A stretch of DNA of 64,000 nucleotides from IMG/VR virus record IMGVR_UViG_3300042564_006854, positions 4,579 to 68,578 of that record, one strand, 5' to 3'. Positions 28,953 through 38,624 of the stretch are shown here, piece after piece. The stretch's first letter is position 1, and every line of letters starts with the position of its first letter. The DNA comes from a virus. Position numbers and translations under genes: made by a program. Under the pieces are notes generated by a model. The model ran no database searches, was not told the origin of the DNA, and worked only from the letters and a program-made list of their open reading frames with translations.

Positions 28953-29537
28953 TTAGAACCACTGATGTACGTTAACTCCTTGCAACTCAATGATATTTAT
29001 TAATTTATTTTTTGTTGCAACACTTTCTTCTGGCATAAATCTTTCATGAAATTCAACATAGAGCTCATTAATTTTTGAGATTGTATTTTTTTCAATTAGA
29101 TCACGAAGAACTCTAAATTCACTACCTTCAATATCTAGTTTACAGATAATAAACGAATCATCGGGTAAGTTTTCTATAAAATTACTAAAAGAGATAGATT
29201 CTACTTCTATTTTATTTTCATAACCTGGGTGAATAAAACCGATTCCTTCAATTGATGATCCCCATCCATCAATATTAGATAGTCCATCATGAGGTGAACC
29301 TGAACCACTAGTTATGTGGTTTTCTTGATTAAATATAATTGTCCCATCTTCAATCCAAACTGCTTTTTCATGAGGGGTGACTTGAATAGATAATGATTTA
29401 ATTCGTTCTTTAATATTACATGCCGGATTTGCTTCAAACGTATGTACTTCAAATTCATTAGTAAGGATTCCTTTATTTATAAAGTTATGTAATCCTTCAC
29501 AAAGATGCGTACCGCAATCTAAAAATATTTTTTTCAT
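28953..29537 (-). CDS. FkbM-family SAM-dependent methyltransferase
   Basis: N-terminal LDCGTHLCEG glycine-rich SAM loop and CKLDIEGSEFRVLRDL matching the FkbM IDxLKIDxEGxExxVL motif. Confidence 0.55.
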   Translation of the reverse strand: MKKIFLDCGTHLCEGLHNFINKGILTNEFEVHTFEANPACNIKERIKSLSIQVTPHEKAVWIEDGTIIFNQENHITSGSGSPHDGLSNIDGWGSSIEGIGFIHPGYENKIEVESISFSNFIENLPDDSFIICKLDIEGSEFRVLRDLIEKNTISKINELYVEFHERFMPEESVATKNKLINIIELQGVNVHQWF

Positions 29538-29550
29538 ATTAAAATTTTAA

Positions 29551-29802
29551 TTATTGAAGTTTAATATTATATTTTACTTCAATTTGTTCTTTGGTTCCGA
29601 ATTCGACGTTACCAATAGAATATTCATAGGCATCCTCGTGTACTGCCATATACATATCCTTAAATCCAGTTTTAATTACATGAATTAATTCTGGCTCTTC
29701 TCCAAGTTGAAAACATTGAGTTGTACTTGGTATTTCTTTCCAATTTGTCATAGGGTTTTTAATAAGATTCCGATTGAAACGTTTGCTATTACTGCAATCC
29801 AA
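29551..29802 (-). CDS. hypothetical protein
   Basis: 83-aa ORF. Confidence 0.35.
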   Translation of the reverse strand: MDCSNSKRFNRNLIKNPMTNWKEIPSTTQCFQLGEEPELIHVIKTGFKDMYMAVHEDAYEYSIGNVEFGTKEQIEVKYNIKLQ

Positions 29803-29923
29803 TAAAAGATTGATTTTATCTTGAATGCAGTTTGATTATGTTCACCGTTTACTACAGTAGATGTTGAAAAGATCCAGCATCCAATATTCACAACAAGTAG
29901 GACAATGATAAGAAAAAAAGCTA

Positions 29924-30325
29924 TCATGGCTCAATAGTAGTTAAATGTAAAACGTATTCTGAGTTCTTGGTCTTAAAGTGAATCTTACGATACTCTTTAG
30001 ATTTTTTATCTTCGATAATTTCAGTAACTCCAGTAGTCATCCAACCAAATCCTGAAGCTGAAGGTAACCCTTCAATATCTGGATTAATTGTATATGGATC
30101 TAAACACAAACTGTAGCCTACTTGAGGTTCAGTATGAACTGCTTTACCTCGACCATCATCAGTCCATTCAATCCATACTAATTTATTTCCAATGTTACTG
30201 CGACCGTCTCCAATTCTCTGAAGAAAAATAGGACGATTACAGACATCACATTTATTGCAAACTATATCGAATAATTTTTTGCGATGTTGAGTTGGCTTAG
30301 CACAAGTATGACAATAAACTTTCAT
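29924..30325 (-). CDS. hypothetical protein with N-terminal zinc ribbon
   Basis: CHTC...C.KCDVC at the N-terminus; 133 aa. Confidence 0.4.
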   Translation of the reverse strand: MKVYCHTCAKPTQHRKKLFDIVCNKCDVCNRPIFLQRIGDGRSNIGNKLVWIEWTDDGRGKAVHTEPQVGYSLCLDPYTINPDIEGLPSASGFGWMTTGVTEIIEDKKSKEYRKIHFKTKNSEYVLHLTTIEP

Positions 30326-30327
30326 TA

Positions 30328-30591
30328 TTATTTTGTCTCTTTAATTATGTAGCTACCTTCCATTACTCCCCAATTAGACTCTTCATTAAAAGTATAAGTC
30401 TCAGGAAATTCATCCTTCCTCATAGGGCGAGTGATATACCATAACTCAGCATCTTTCCAAGTTACATTTACTAGTTTTTGACCAGCAGGCAAGGTCAAGT
30501 AAGCAGTTCCGCCCCAATTTTTTGCCTTTGAATTTTCAGTACATGAAGCTAATGAAATAGCAACAAGTGAGATAATAATTAATTTTTTCAT
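30328..30591 (-). CDS. putative lipoprotein
   Basis: Signal peptide plus lipobox (LVAISLASCTENS). Confidence 0.45.
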   Translation of the reverse strand: MKKLIIISLVAISLASCTENSKAKNWGGTAYLTLPAGQKLVNVTWKDAELWYITRPMRKDEFPETYTFNEESNWGVMEGSYIIKETK

Positions 30592-30634
30592 ATTACTATA
30601 ATACTATAATTAGTTGATGATTAAAATTATTTTG

Positions 30635-31039
30635 TTAATAATTTATTATTAAAATCTTAAGTCCTTTTTCTTTAGCTAAGTTAATCATATGAGAGGTTCC
30701 TCTACTTACTCCATCCCAAAATGCAATTAGAGCTCCAGCATAATTTGCCATCTCGGCATTTCTGCGATACCCTGCGCTCTTACCATATTTGTCCCAATCT
30801 GCAGGGAATTGTTTAATCTGGTGCCCTCTTTCGTTAGCGTATCGTTCTCCTAACCTGTCTGCTCCTTTAGCCGCTCCACTTACTATCTCAACAGTTGAGT
30901 AATCTTTAAACACACGGTCACAAACCTCTACTAATTTATCCCAATCTTGAAAGTCTCTACCGCCTGCGATAATTACCTTAATCATTAGTTCCAACCATCT
31001 TCTACTTTTTCTCCAAGAAATTTCATAGCTGACGTGCAT
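30635..31039 (-). CDS. SLOG-superfamily protein (DUF2493 / YpsA-like)
   Basis: VIIAGGRDF...IVSGAAKGADRLGERYA...PADWDKYGKSAGYRRN...FWDGVSRGT matches the DUF2493 SLOG pattern (GGxxGAD...PADW...GxxRN...WDG.S.GT). Confidence 0.65.
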   Translation of the reverse strand: MHVSYEISWRKSRRWLELMIKVIIAGGRDFQDWDKLVEVCDRVFKDYSTVEIVSGAAKGADRLGERYANERGHQIKQFPADWDKYGKSAGYRRNAEMANYAGALIAFWDGVSRGTSHMINLAKEKGLKILIINY

Positions 31040-31200
31040 AACTCTAGGCCTAGTAATTGGTTGCCTGAAGGTTCATCCATATATTTTCTAGAATATTCAC
31101 TAGCTATTGCTCTCCAAGTATAACCCTCATTTACTCTAAGGTTCTTAATAAAGTTTGCCTGTTCTTCATTTAATTCATCAGTGTTATAAAAATTATCCAT
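30985..31200 (-). CDS. small hypothetical protein
   Basis: 71-aa ORF overlapping the start of the SLOG gene. Confidence 0.3.
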   Translation of the reverse strand: MDNFYNTDELNEEQANFIKNLRVNEGYTWRAIASEYSRKYMDEPSGNQLLGLELCTSAMKFLGEKVEDGWN

Positions 31201-31216
31201 TACTCTTTGTTTTTAA

Positions 31217-31247
31217 CCCAAAAAAGAGCTTGCGATTAGCAAGCTCT
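31217..31247 (-). terminator. rho-independent terminator (minus strand)
   Basis: Minus-strand AGAGCTTGC-TAATC-GCAAGCTCT followed by TTTTTTGGG just after the band-7 gene. Confidence 0.55.
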
Positions 31248-31270
31248 TCAGTATTTGAAAATAATTTATA

Positions 31271-32716
31271 TTATTTTGATTCAGATGATTTGTCTCCAGT
31301 AAGAGAGCTAAGCATTCCCATTAGATTTTTACCTTCTTCTGTTTGCTTTAATCCTTCAACTAAACCGTTTAGTTGAGATGCACCCTTTGATGTAAATAAA
31401 TCAGATAGTTTACCGATTCCTGAATGAACATCTCCACTGTTAACTAATAATTTAAGATCAGCTGATGCAAGAGCCTTAGCCATTGATTCGTATTGCGCAA
31501 CACCAATTATTTGGCTAACTTCTACCTCCTTAACTCGAATTAAGTATTCTTGATAAGGTTTATTTTCACCAATTTCTTTTGCAAGAGTAGTTTGTGCAGT
31601 TACTCCAGCTAATTCCATTGCTTTTCGAGATTCAGCTTCAGAAATACCTTTTGCTTTAATAATTTCAGCTTCAGCCGTACCGACAGTTTTAACTGCTTCA
31701 GCCTCTTTGCGTTTAACTTCTAATGCAGCCGCTGCATCTGTTTCAACTCTATACTTATCAGCTTGTGCTCGGATTTCCATTTTTTGTTTCTCCTGCTCAG
31801 CAATAATAATTTCTCGCTCTTTATTAATCTCAGCCTCTTTGACTTGATTAACTTTGATTACTTCCATTTGTTGTTCAGCAGTCGCTCTCTCAGCTTGTGC
31901 AATATCAGATATTGACGCTTGTTGAGCAATACCTGCCTTTTTAGAAGCTTCAGCTTTAGCAATACCGATAGCTTGTTGAGATTGCGCTTGTGCTTCTCCA
32001 GCAATTCTTTCTGTTTCTGCTTTAGTTACATCAACTTCTTGACGAGCCATAAGTTCAGCTTGCTGTGCCAATTTAGTATTCTTAGCTACTTCTGTTCGAG
32101 ATTCCATATCAATAGCAGACATTCTTTTTGCCATGATTTGCTGAATTGCATGTGATCCATCAGCATCTCGAACATCCATTAATTCGATACTTTTAATTGC
32201 TTCAACTCCCCAATTTTGAAGGTCAGCATTCACCGCCTCAGTAAACTGTCGTCCAAATATAGACCGTTCCTCCATAATTTCTTCTAATTTAGATTTAGCA
32301 AGAATAGAACGAACTGCACCTTGAACTACGTTTTCTAATTGAATTTTAAGTTCTTCAAATGATTCTACTTTTTCAGCAGCAACGTTAGTGTCAGATATAT
32401 GAAAGAATGCTTTAACATCAACTACGAAAGGTACGCGATCTTTATCATATGCTTCATATCGTTTTAACTCAATATCAAAATTAGATACTGGAAGGACTCT
32501 AACTGTTACACCAAGTTTAGGTAACCATCCTGGCCATTCATAGTAAACGTTTGATTCTTTTTTAGTTCCATAGGATACTGTTTGGTTTCCTCTCTGTACA
32601 ATGTGAACTACATTGGTTGGTACAATTCTCCTAAGAGAAAGGACATAAATTACAATAATTGCTCCGATTAGAGCTGGCACAGCATAAAGTGCGATAGACA
32701 TAATTTGTGTTAACAT
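31271..32716 (-). CDS. SPFH/band-7 (flotillin-like) membrane protein
   Basis: N-terminal TM helix, then band-7 core (VVHIVQRG...VPFVVDVKAFF...LENVVQGAVRSILAK) and a long Ala/Glu/Gln-rich coiled-coil tail. Confidence 0.7.
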   Translation of the reverse strand: MLTQIMSIALYAVPALIGAIIVIYVLSLRRIVPTNVVHIVQRGNQTVSYGTKKESNVYYEWPGWLPKLGVTVRVLPVSNFDIELKRYEAYDKDRVPFVVDVKAFFHISDTNVAAEKVESFEELKIQLENVVQGAVRSILAKSKLEEIMEERSIFGRQFTEAVNADLQNWGVEAIKSIELMDVRDADGSHAIQQIMAKRMSAIDMESRTEVAKNTKLAQQAELMARQEVDVTKAETERIAGEAQAQSQQAIGIAKAEASKKAGIAQQASISDIAQAERATAEQQMEVIKVNQVKEAEINKEREIIIAEQEKQKMEIRAQADKYRVETDAAAALEVKRKEAEAVKTVGTAEAEIIKAKGISEAESRKAMELAGVTAQTTLAKEIGENKPYQEYLIRVKEVEVSQIIGVAQYESMAKALASADLKLLVNSGDVHSGIGKLSDLFTSKGASQLNGLVEGLKQTEEGKNLMGMLSSLTGDKSSESK

Positions 32717-32755
32717 ATTTAATTTAATTTAATTGATTACTTGATTATTATACTA

Positions 32756-33124
32756 TTATTCTGCAAATGATAAAATCTTTTTTGTATATTCGATTAAATC
32801 TGACCATATTCCTTTAAAAGTTATTGCTCGGACTTTTCGATTATCAATCCAGATATATTCTTCGCCATCTTTGATTCTAGGTTTATCCATTACTAATGAG
32901 TGATATTGAAAACCTTCACGACGAAGCCATAATTCAGTGACTTCACGGTCTTTAGACTCTCGAGCAGTAAAAAAGTGGAGTTGTGCTCCACTTTCATACC
33001 ATTGATTACATTTTTCAATTGCACCAGGCAAAGGTTTAGCTGAAGGGTATAGGTGAGAATCCTCATTCTTAATATCTTCACAAATAGTGCCGTCAATATC
33101 AATTAGTAATATAAACTCTTTCAT
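32756..33124 (-). CDS. HAD-superfamily small hydrolase
   Basis: LLIDIDGTI (DxDGT); 122 aa. Confidence 0.5.
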   Translation of the reverse strand: MKEFILLIDIDGTICEDIKNEDSHLYPSAKPLPGAIEKCNQWYESGAQLHFFTARESKDREVTELWLRREGFQYHSLVMDKPRIKDGEEYIWIDNRKVRAITFKGIWSDLIEYTKKILSFAE

Positions 33125-33127
33125 TAT

Positions 33128-34819
33128 TTAGATTTGTGAAAGTAAACGGATTCTATCTCTAATTTCAGTTAACGTTACTTGATTGTAAAATTTACCATCT
33201 TCATAGATAGTCTGTAATAGTCCACCCTCTTCTTGTTCGTGAGTACACTGTACATTAACTTCAAGTTGATCTTTACCATCATACTTAAGTTCGTATGGTA
33301 AAGCATCAGGTCGGTTATTGAATACTTGACACATACCTTTTAATGATTTTTTAGTACCATCATCAGTTGCTGGGTCTTTATAGATATCGTATTCAACTCC
33401 ATCTGCCATGAACCACGAACCTTTTACTGCAATACCGAAAGTATCTCTAGTATTATATTGATAAGTATAAGAACCAACACCTAAAACAATATTTGTTGCA
33501 GCGAAGTTTTTATTAGCTAATCTTTCATAAATTTGAACTTGTCTCTTTAAGGTAATTGAATCACCATAGATTGCTCCAATATGAGAATCAAGAACTCGGT
33601 AGCCTTCTTTAGATACAGTTCCACCAAAGATATCCCAAAGTAATTCAATAACACCTTTAAATTCATGTAAATTTTCTTTTTTACCTTTACCATTTATACC
33701 ATTTTCAAAGTGATTATAATTATCTAAAGATGTTGCGTTTTCCCCTAAATAAGCAGGAATTTTATATCCACAAATAATATCAACAGGATCACCAGAGTCA
33801 GGACGAATTACTAATTTACCATCACGAGCCATAATTTGCTCTTTTAAACGAGGTAAAATCTCAGTAATTACTCGGAATAGGTCAAACGTATCTGAAACTA
33901 CTGAAAGGATTCCAGCTGGGAAAATTCTTAACCATTCTCTTAAGTTTGCCCATTCAGCAATAGCCATTAAATCTGGATTTTCGCGAGTAGATTTGGTTGC
34001 TGGTACATCAAAAGAATAATATTCATCAATTAAGTGTTGACCTAATCCAGACTTCAACATATTTTGGTAATAAAATATACCTGTACAAGTTACACTATGC
34101 TCTGATGCATTTACTGAAGCAATACATACTTCATCTTCACCAACTCCATAGAAATAACGAGCAGCATCAATTACGATTAGGGTATCTGAACCAATAAATG
34201 ACATTGTGTGAGCTAAACCAGAAGAAATTGTTGAAAATGGGTCCAATCCTCTTGCTGAGAAATCATGACATGCATAATCAATAAACCATGCATTCTCTGA
34301 GTCAGTTTTCATTACCCAATGAGTGGCATTTCTTCTGTATTGTAATGCAATAGTTGCATTTGTTGTACCTTTCCATGAAAGACTTGATACTGGAGTTTCA
34401 AGATATAGAGTAAGCCATGCAAATCCTGGAACAGTATTAACAAATGTTTGGTGTGGAATATTTGGATTAGTTTCAATTCCTTCAGGTAAAGCCTTTACCC
34501 TAATTGGTAAATAACCTAATTTGTGTAAAGCTTCAAAATGTTCACCATTAAATGGTAATCCAAGATATTTTGACATATCTCTACCAAATTTTTGAGCAAC
34601 CTCAATAGGTTGATTGAAGAATCCTTCTTCAAATTGGTCATGCAACCACATCCAAGCTAATTGCTGTTCAGCGGATAGTATTTTAGTTATACCTTCTGGT
34701 GCATGTTTTAAACTTCGTGGAATCAAAGTACCATATAGGTAATCGGTACCTGGAGCAAGCATTGCTCTATGCCCAATTTTATAGCCATCTGTTAAGGCTA
34801 GTGGATTTGGTCTAAACAT
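33128..34819 (-). CDS. nicotinamide phosphoribosyltransferase-family protein (NAMPT/NadV-like; possibly Namat-type)
   Basis: ALTDGYKIGHRAM (human NAMPT LLATDSYKVTHY), VIRPDSGDPVD (IIRPDSGNPLD), and LGVGSYTYQ in the GSGGG position; 563 aa. Confidence 0.85.
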   Translation of the reverse strand: MFRPNPLALTDGYKIGHRAMLAPGTDYLYGTLIPRSLKHAPEGITKILSAEQQLAWMWLHDQFEEGFFNQPIEVAQKFGRDMSKYLGLPFNGEHFEALHKLGYLPIRVKALPEGIETNPNIPHQTFVNTVPGFAWLTLYLETPVSSLSWKGTTNATIALQYRRNATHWVMKTDSENAWFIDYACHDFSARGLDPFSTISSGLAHTMSFIGSDTLIVIDAARYFYGVGEDEVCIASVNASEHSVTCTGIFYYQNMLKSGLGQHLIDEYYSFDVPATKSTRENPDLMAIAEWANLREWLRIFPAGILSVVSDTFDLFRVITEILPRLKEQIMARDGKLVIRPDSGDPVDIICGYKIPAYLGENATSLDNYNHFENGINGKGKKENLHEFKGVIELLWDIFGGTVSKEGYRVLDSHIGAIYGDSITLKRQVQIYERLANKNFAATNIVLGVGSYTYQYNTRDTFGIAVKGSWFMADGVEYDIYKDPATDDGTKKSLKGMCQVFNNRPDALPYELKYDGKDQLEVNVQCTHEQEEGGLLQTIYEDGKFYNQVTLTEIRDRIRLLSQI

Positions 34820-34821
34820 AT

Positions 34822-35346
34822 TTATTTTTTATAGATTACTACAGTTATTGTACACAAATAAAGTTCAGCTTTAATAATTTGCTCGATTTTTTTCCAGTCC
34901 CCACCTGCAAGACCTGCACCAATTTGAGGTAAGCCAATATGCTTAAATTGAAAGTCTGAATTTATTTTTCTCATACATAGAGTAAAAGCTTCATAATCAA
35001 ATGGTGCAATTGCTCCATCTTTATGATTACGACCGTAGTTATATTGAGTATATGCATTTACAACAATTAACTCAGGCTCATTACGATTATTTTTTGCATC
35101 TACTAGTGACCAGATAGCATTTTCACCAAGCACAAGAGTTTGGTAATCAATATTACCGAGTTTATTAATATCTCTACCCCAAGTTTCCATTGCAAATCGG
35201 TCACATCCAAATGCTTTTGCCATTTGTGGAGCAATTCCAGCTCCCATTGTACTCATACAATTGCAGCCGTGTACTATTACATCAAATTTGCCCTCTTTAG
35301 CTAATTCGATTAAATCGCCGTCGATATAATTAATTTCAGTTTCCAT
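34822..35346 (-). CDS. macrodomain protein (TARG1/OARD1-like ADP-ribose hydrolase)
   Basis: [33 protein letters not shown] aligns with TARG1 [45 protein letters not shown] aligns with LSMPRIGCGLDRLQW. Confidence 0.75.
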   Translation of the reverse strand: [174 protein letters not shown]

Positions 35347-35518
35347 CTGTATCTTCTATTGAAATGATTATTGTTCTCTCGATTGGATAACAGCATACTA
35401 GTTTATTATCTGCATAGAATGCATAGTAGCCACTAGAAGTACCGCTAAAGTTTTCTGCAAAAATAGTATATCGATCTACTCGATCTCCAGTCATTACGTT
35501 TAATTGAAATTTTTTCAT
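35336..35518 (-). CDS. small hypothetical protein
   Basis: 60-aa ORF. Confidence 0.3.
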   Translation of the reverse strand: MKKFQLNVMTGDRVDRYTIFAENFSGTSSGYYAFYADNKLVCCYPIERTIIISIEDTDGN

Positions 35519-35853
35519 AATATAATTTTTTCAATTACTTTTGAAGTTGATTGGTTAATTACTGTATGTTGAAATCTTTCATAAAATTTATGATCGTCTG
35601 ATTCAAATACATGAATATAGTATCCATGTTTCTGTAATTCTAAAATATCCTCCTTTGGAAACCATGCATATAATTCTTCTAATGAAGGAACGACTGATAT
35701 AAAACCAACTAATTCTTCATCAAAATCCATTGCAAGGTCTCGATTTTTACAGAAATCAAATCGATGGTGGATATTTCCAGTAAATGCTCCATCGAAGCTA
35801 TACCATAATCCTTGTTGTGTTTCTTCGTTAGAAACTCGATAGAACTTTTTCAT
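35515..35853 (-). CDS. hypothetical protein
   Basis: 112-aa ORF. Confidence 0.4.
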   Translation of the reverse strand: MKKFYRVSNEETQQGLWYSFDGAFTGNIHHRFDFCKNRDLAMDFDEELVGFISVVPSLEELYAWFPKEDILELQKHGYYIHVFESDDHKFYERFQHTVINQSTSKVIEKIIL

Positions 35854-36044
35854 TCCTCTTTATTTTTTAGAAAATCTCCATCTGCATCACAATGAGCTGG
35901 CGGATATCCATGTTTACGAATACTTAGGTGTCTCCAAAAACGGTTCCATACTCTAAATAAAAAGTTTAGGGGCACTGAGATTAGGATGAGTACTCCAATA
36001 AAAGTCCAGAAAGATCTGAACGTGAACTCTAAAAAATCCATCAT
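35850..36044 (-). CDS. small membrane protein
   Basis: 64-aa ORF with one TM helix. Confidence 0.3.
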   Translation of the reverse strand: MMDFLEFTFRSFWTFIGVLILISVPLNFLFRVWNRFWRHLSIRKHGYPPAHCDADGDFLKNKEE

Positions 36045-36514
36045 ATTAATTCTTTATTTTTAATATCTTCTAATAATTCAATTAGTGTTGAGTAATTTGG
36101 AATTCCATACCTCTCACAAACAATATCAACATTACCTTTTTTCCAAAAACCAGTAGGACAACATACTAATATTTTCCCAGAATCTGCAAATTTACCAAAT
36201 TCAAGTAGAGAGATTGGTGATTTTGTGTCTGGAGAAAAATACATGATTATCATGTCAGACTTTTCTAGTGCATTTAATTCCCAATTTACCTGTTGATAGA
36301 ATTGCGGGCTCATTGCGTCTTGAGACCAACTTGAGTCCCAAGCATCTCGTCGAGGATTAAGGATAACTATCTCTCTTGGATAGTGTTTAAAAAAATTCTC
36401 AACTTGAGTTTGCCAGTCTTCGGCAATTCCCATTTCAATACTGCCTGCTAAAAATATTGATCGAATATTTGCGCCAGTCTTGCTTATTAGATGGGGAGGT
36501 TTAATGATTATCAT
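36041..36514 (-). CDS. nucleoside 2-deoxyribosyltransferase-like (Rossmannoid SLOG/NDT-fold) protein
   Basis: IFLAGSIEMG...W near the N-terminus and SPISLLEFGKFADSGKILVC near the C-terminus resemble the NDT-like pattern (I-Y-L-A-G-P...E-L-G-x-A-x-x-x-G-K-P-V); the call is tentative. Confidence 0.4.
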   Translation of the reverse strand: MIIIKPPHLISKTGANIRSIFLAGSIEMGIAEDWQTQVENFFKHYPREIVILNPRRDAWDSSWSQDAMSPQFYQQVNWELNALEKSDMIIMYFSPDTKSPISLLEFGKFADSGKILVCCPTGFWKKGNVDIVCERYGIPNYSTLIELLEDIKNKELI

Positions 36515-37407
36515 AAGAACACATTAAATTGATTTAAGAATCCTTCACGAACAGTGTAGTCTGAGTATTCTTCAACTCGAATATCTTTGACACTATTTGT
36601 ACAATATACTCTATCAAAATACTTAGAAAGTTCAAGCAGCCCAGCTGAAAATATTCCATGTGTTACAATCAAGTAAATTTTATCATTAAATATTGATCTA
36701 GGTCTCTGTTCAAGAATTGCTTTAGCTACTTCAATAAAGGTTCGACCGCCATCACAGATATCGTCGATTATTACAAAGTTTTTATCACCGTCTCCATTTA
36801 TTTTAGGTATTTCAGTATGTAGTATTTTACCAGTTTTCAAGTCTCTAACCTTTGATGCAGTTACAACATTTTGAATATCAAAATGCTTAGCTACTCCATA
36901 TATTTTCTTTAGTGCACCTGCATCTGGTGAGATAATACACATTTTTTCTCGAGCAGTATTAGTATTATCAATTGCAGTAAGAGCAGCTTTCACTAGACTG
37001 TGGTTATCAATCTTCTCTAGTCGATCAATACATGCCTCAATAACGTCAGAATGAGGATCTAGGACTAAAACTCCTTTATAATGTTGTGCATTAATAATTG
37101 GAGCAACAACATCCTTAATGTAATTAATTGAGCCTACTTCAAACTTGCGATCACTACGTCCACCTAGGAAATATGGAATATAGAGAAAAATATCGGTCAT
37201 TCCTAGATTCTTTAATGCAGCAGTTGCACAAAGAATAAGTTCAAGATCCTTAAAGCTAGTAAACTTTGAATAGATTTTAATTGCAATTTCAGAACCTACA
37301 TTTGAAATTATTTTAATTGACTGTTGACCATCAGGAAATTGTGTTTTCTCGAACTTAATATCTGATTTTTCAGGATAGACTAGATTAAGTGTGCTAATTT
37401 TTGACAT
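36511..37407 (-). CDS. ribose-phosphate pyrophosphokinase-family protein (Prs-like; possibly Adps-type ADPR pyrophosphokinase)
   Basis: FPDGQQSIKI (E. coli Prs FSDGEVSVQI), IPYFLGGRSDR (IPYFGYARQDR), LDPHS (VDLHA), ISPDAG (VSPDIGG), VIIDDICDGGRT (VLVDDMIDTGGT), VTHGIFSAG (ATHPIFSG). Confidence 0.8.
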   Translation of the reverse strand: MSKISTLNLVYPEKSDIKFEKTQFPDGQQSIKIISNVGSEIAIKIYSKFTSFKDLELILCATAALKNLGMTDIFLYIPYFLGGRSDRKFEVGSINYIKDVVAPIINAQHYKGVLVLDPHSDVIEACIDRLEKIDNHSLVKAALTAIDNTNTAREKMCIISPDAGALKKIYGVAKHFDIQNVVTASKVRDLKTGKILHTEIPKINGDGDKNFVIIDDICDGGRTFIEVAKAILEQRPRSIFNDKIYLIVTHGIFSAGLLELSKYFDRVYCTNSVKDIRVEEYSDYTVREGFLNQFNVFL

Positions 37408-37408
37408 C

Positions 37409-37819
37409 TTAGTTGCGAGTTTTAATTAATTCAGAAACTACCTTTTTATCTGCCGGTATATTAGCAAAAGCCTTCATGATATCTCCCATTTGAGTGATGC
37501 CAGAACCATAGAGCTCGTCCAATTTAGCAGAGATTTGTTCACGAGAAAGTTGTTTAGGTAGGTAAGATTCAATAATGCTTAATTCAATTTTTGCAAAATC
37601 TTTAAGTTCACCATCTTCAAGTTTGCTGATAGTTTCGCGCGAAGACTTTGCAGCTTGATTAAGTATTTCTAATACTTTATCATCTGGCATATTTTCAACC
37701 ATTAAGTTTTTTTCACCCAATTGAATTCCACCCTTAATTACTGAAAGTAAATTCTTTTTGACAGTATCTCTCTCCTTGAAAGCAGTCATGTAATCTTTAT
37801 TGATTTGATCCTTTAACAT
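37409..37819 (-). CDS. GatB/YqeY-domain protein
   Basis: Overall pattern AFKERD.VKKNLL..IKG......EK..........D..VLEIL...AK..RE.I......G.......IE..I...YLPKQLS.E.I is that of YqeY. Confidence 0.65.
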   Translation of the reverse strand: MLKDQINKDYMTAFKERDTVKKNLLSVIKGGIQLGEKNLMVENMPDDKVLEILNQAAKSSRETISKLEDGELKDFAKIELSIIESYLPKQLSREQISAKLDELYGSGITQMGDIMKAFANIPADKKVVSELIKTRN

Positions 37820-37824
37820 TATGT

Positions 37825-38235
37825 TTATTTTATTTTTTCTATTTTAATTACTGACCCTTGTCCATGCATTACCTGAATCACATAGGATCCAATATAATAC
37901 AGTTCACCAGTGAAAGCATTTACATATTTTAAATCCTCACATGGAGTGCAATATTTTCGAGCGTAGCCTAATGCTACCCATAGTAGGGTCTCACGAGGTT
38001 CATATCCTAATCGATACTCTCGACAAACGTACTCGTCAGAATCATATTTAGTAATAATTTTTTCAAGAACTTCACCAAGTCGACCTTCAGAATACTTTTT
38101 AAATCTTTCTACTTGTCGATCACGATAATCGTCATCCTGTTTAATTTTTTGGCGAAATTCCTCAATTGATCTTTGGCCCTCTTCAGTTTCTAAAAAAGCT
38201 GTTAAGTTGTCTAGTATGCTAGCTGCAGTATTCAT
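37825..38235 (-). CDS. hypothetical protein
   Basis: 136-aa ORF. Confidence 0.4.
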   Translation of the reverse strand: MNTAASILDNLTAFLETEEGQRSIEEFRQKIKQDDDYRDRQVERFKKYSEGRLGEVLEKIITKYDSDEYVCREYRLGYEPRETLLWVALGYARKYCTPCEDLKYVNAFTGELYYIGSYVIQVMHGQGSVIKIEKIK

Positions 38236-38624
38236 AATTCTAGGTGTTTCTTAGCGTTATCTAAATATCCTTGTATATTTTTCTTTCCTACTGGATTTGC
38301 AGAGTGTACCCAATATTCTGGTAATTTGAATCCATTATCTAAGCAGTATTCAACTAACCATTTTGCACAATCAAGTCCAGTTTCCTCTACTCCAAGCTGA
38401 TCGGCAGTTAAGTCATTCCAATCATCAAAATCGACTTCATAATGAACATCTGCTAAATCATGATCAAATGATACTATTTCTGGGAGACCATTAAACTTTA
38501 TCCACTTACAAAATTCAGGATAGTTTTTTACAATTGCCCAATCGTCTTCCCAATAGAGAGCAGGATTTGGAACAAGGTAACATGCATCCTTAGGTTGTCT
38601 AATATCGTCTAGGAATAGTTTCAT
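38232..38624 (-). CDS. hypothetical protein
   Basis: 130-aa ORF (FLDDIR...SFDHDL); no family assigned. Confidence 0.4.
   Translation of the reverse strand: MKLFLDDIRQPKDACYLVPNPALYWEDDWAIVKNYPEFCKWIKFNGLPEIVSFDHDLADVHYEVDFDDWNDLTADQLGVEETGLDCAKWLVEYCLDNGFKLPEYWVHSANPVGKKNIQGYLDNAKKHLEL

Noticed and set aside
33128-37407. Treating Prs plus NAMPT simply as host-like PRPP and NMN biosynthesis (auxiliary metabolic genes)
   Set aside because: Not rejected outright, but ranked below the NARP1-like reading because no NMN adenylyltransferase accompanies them and ADP-ribose-processing genes are interleaved. Enzymology is needed to decide.
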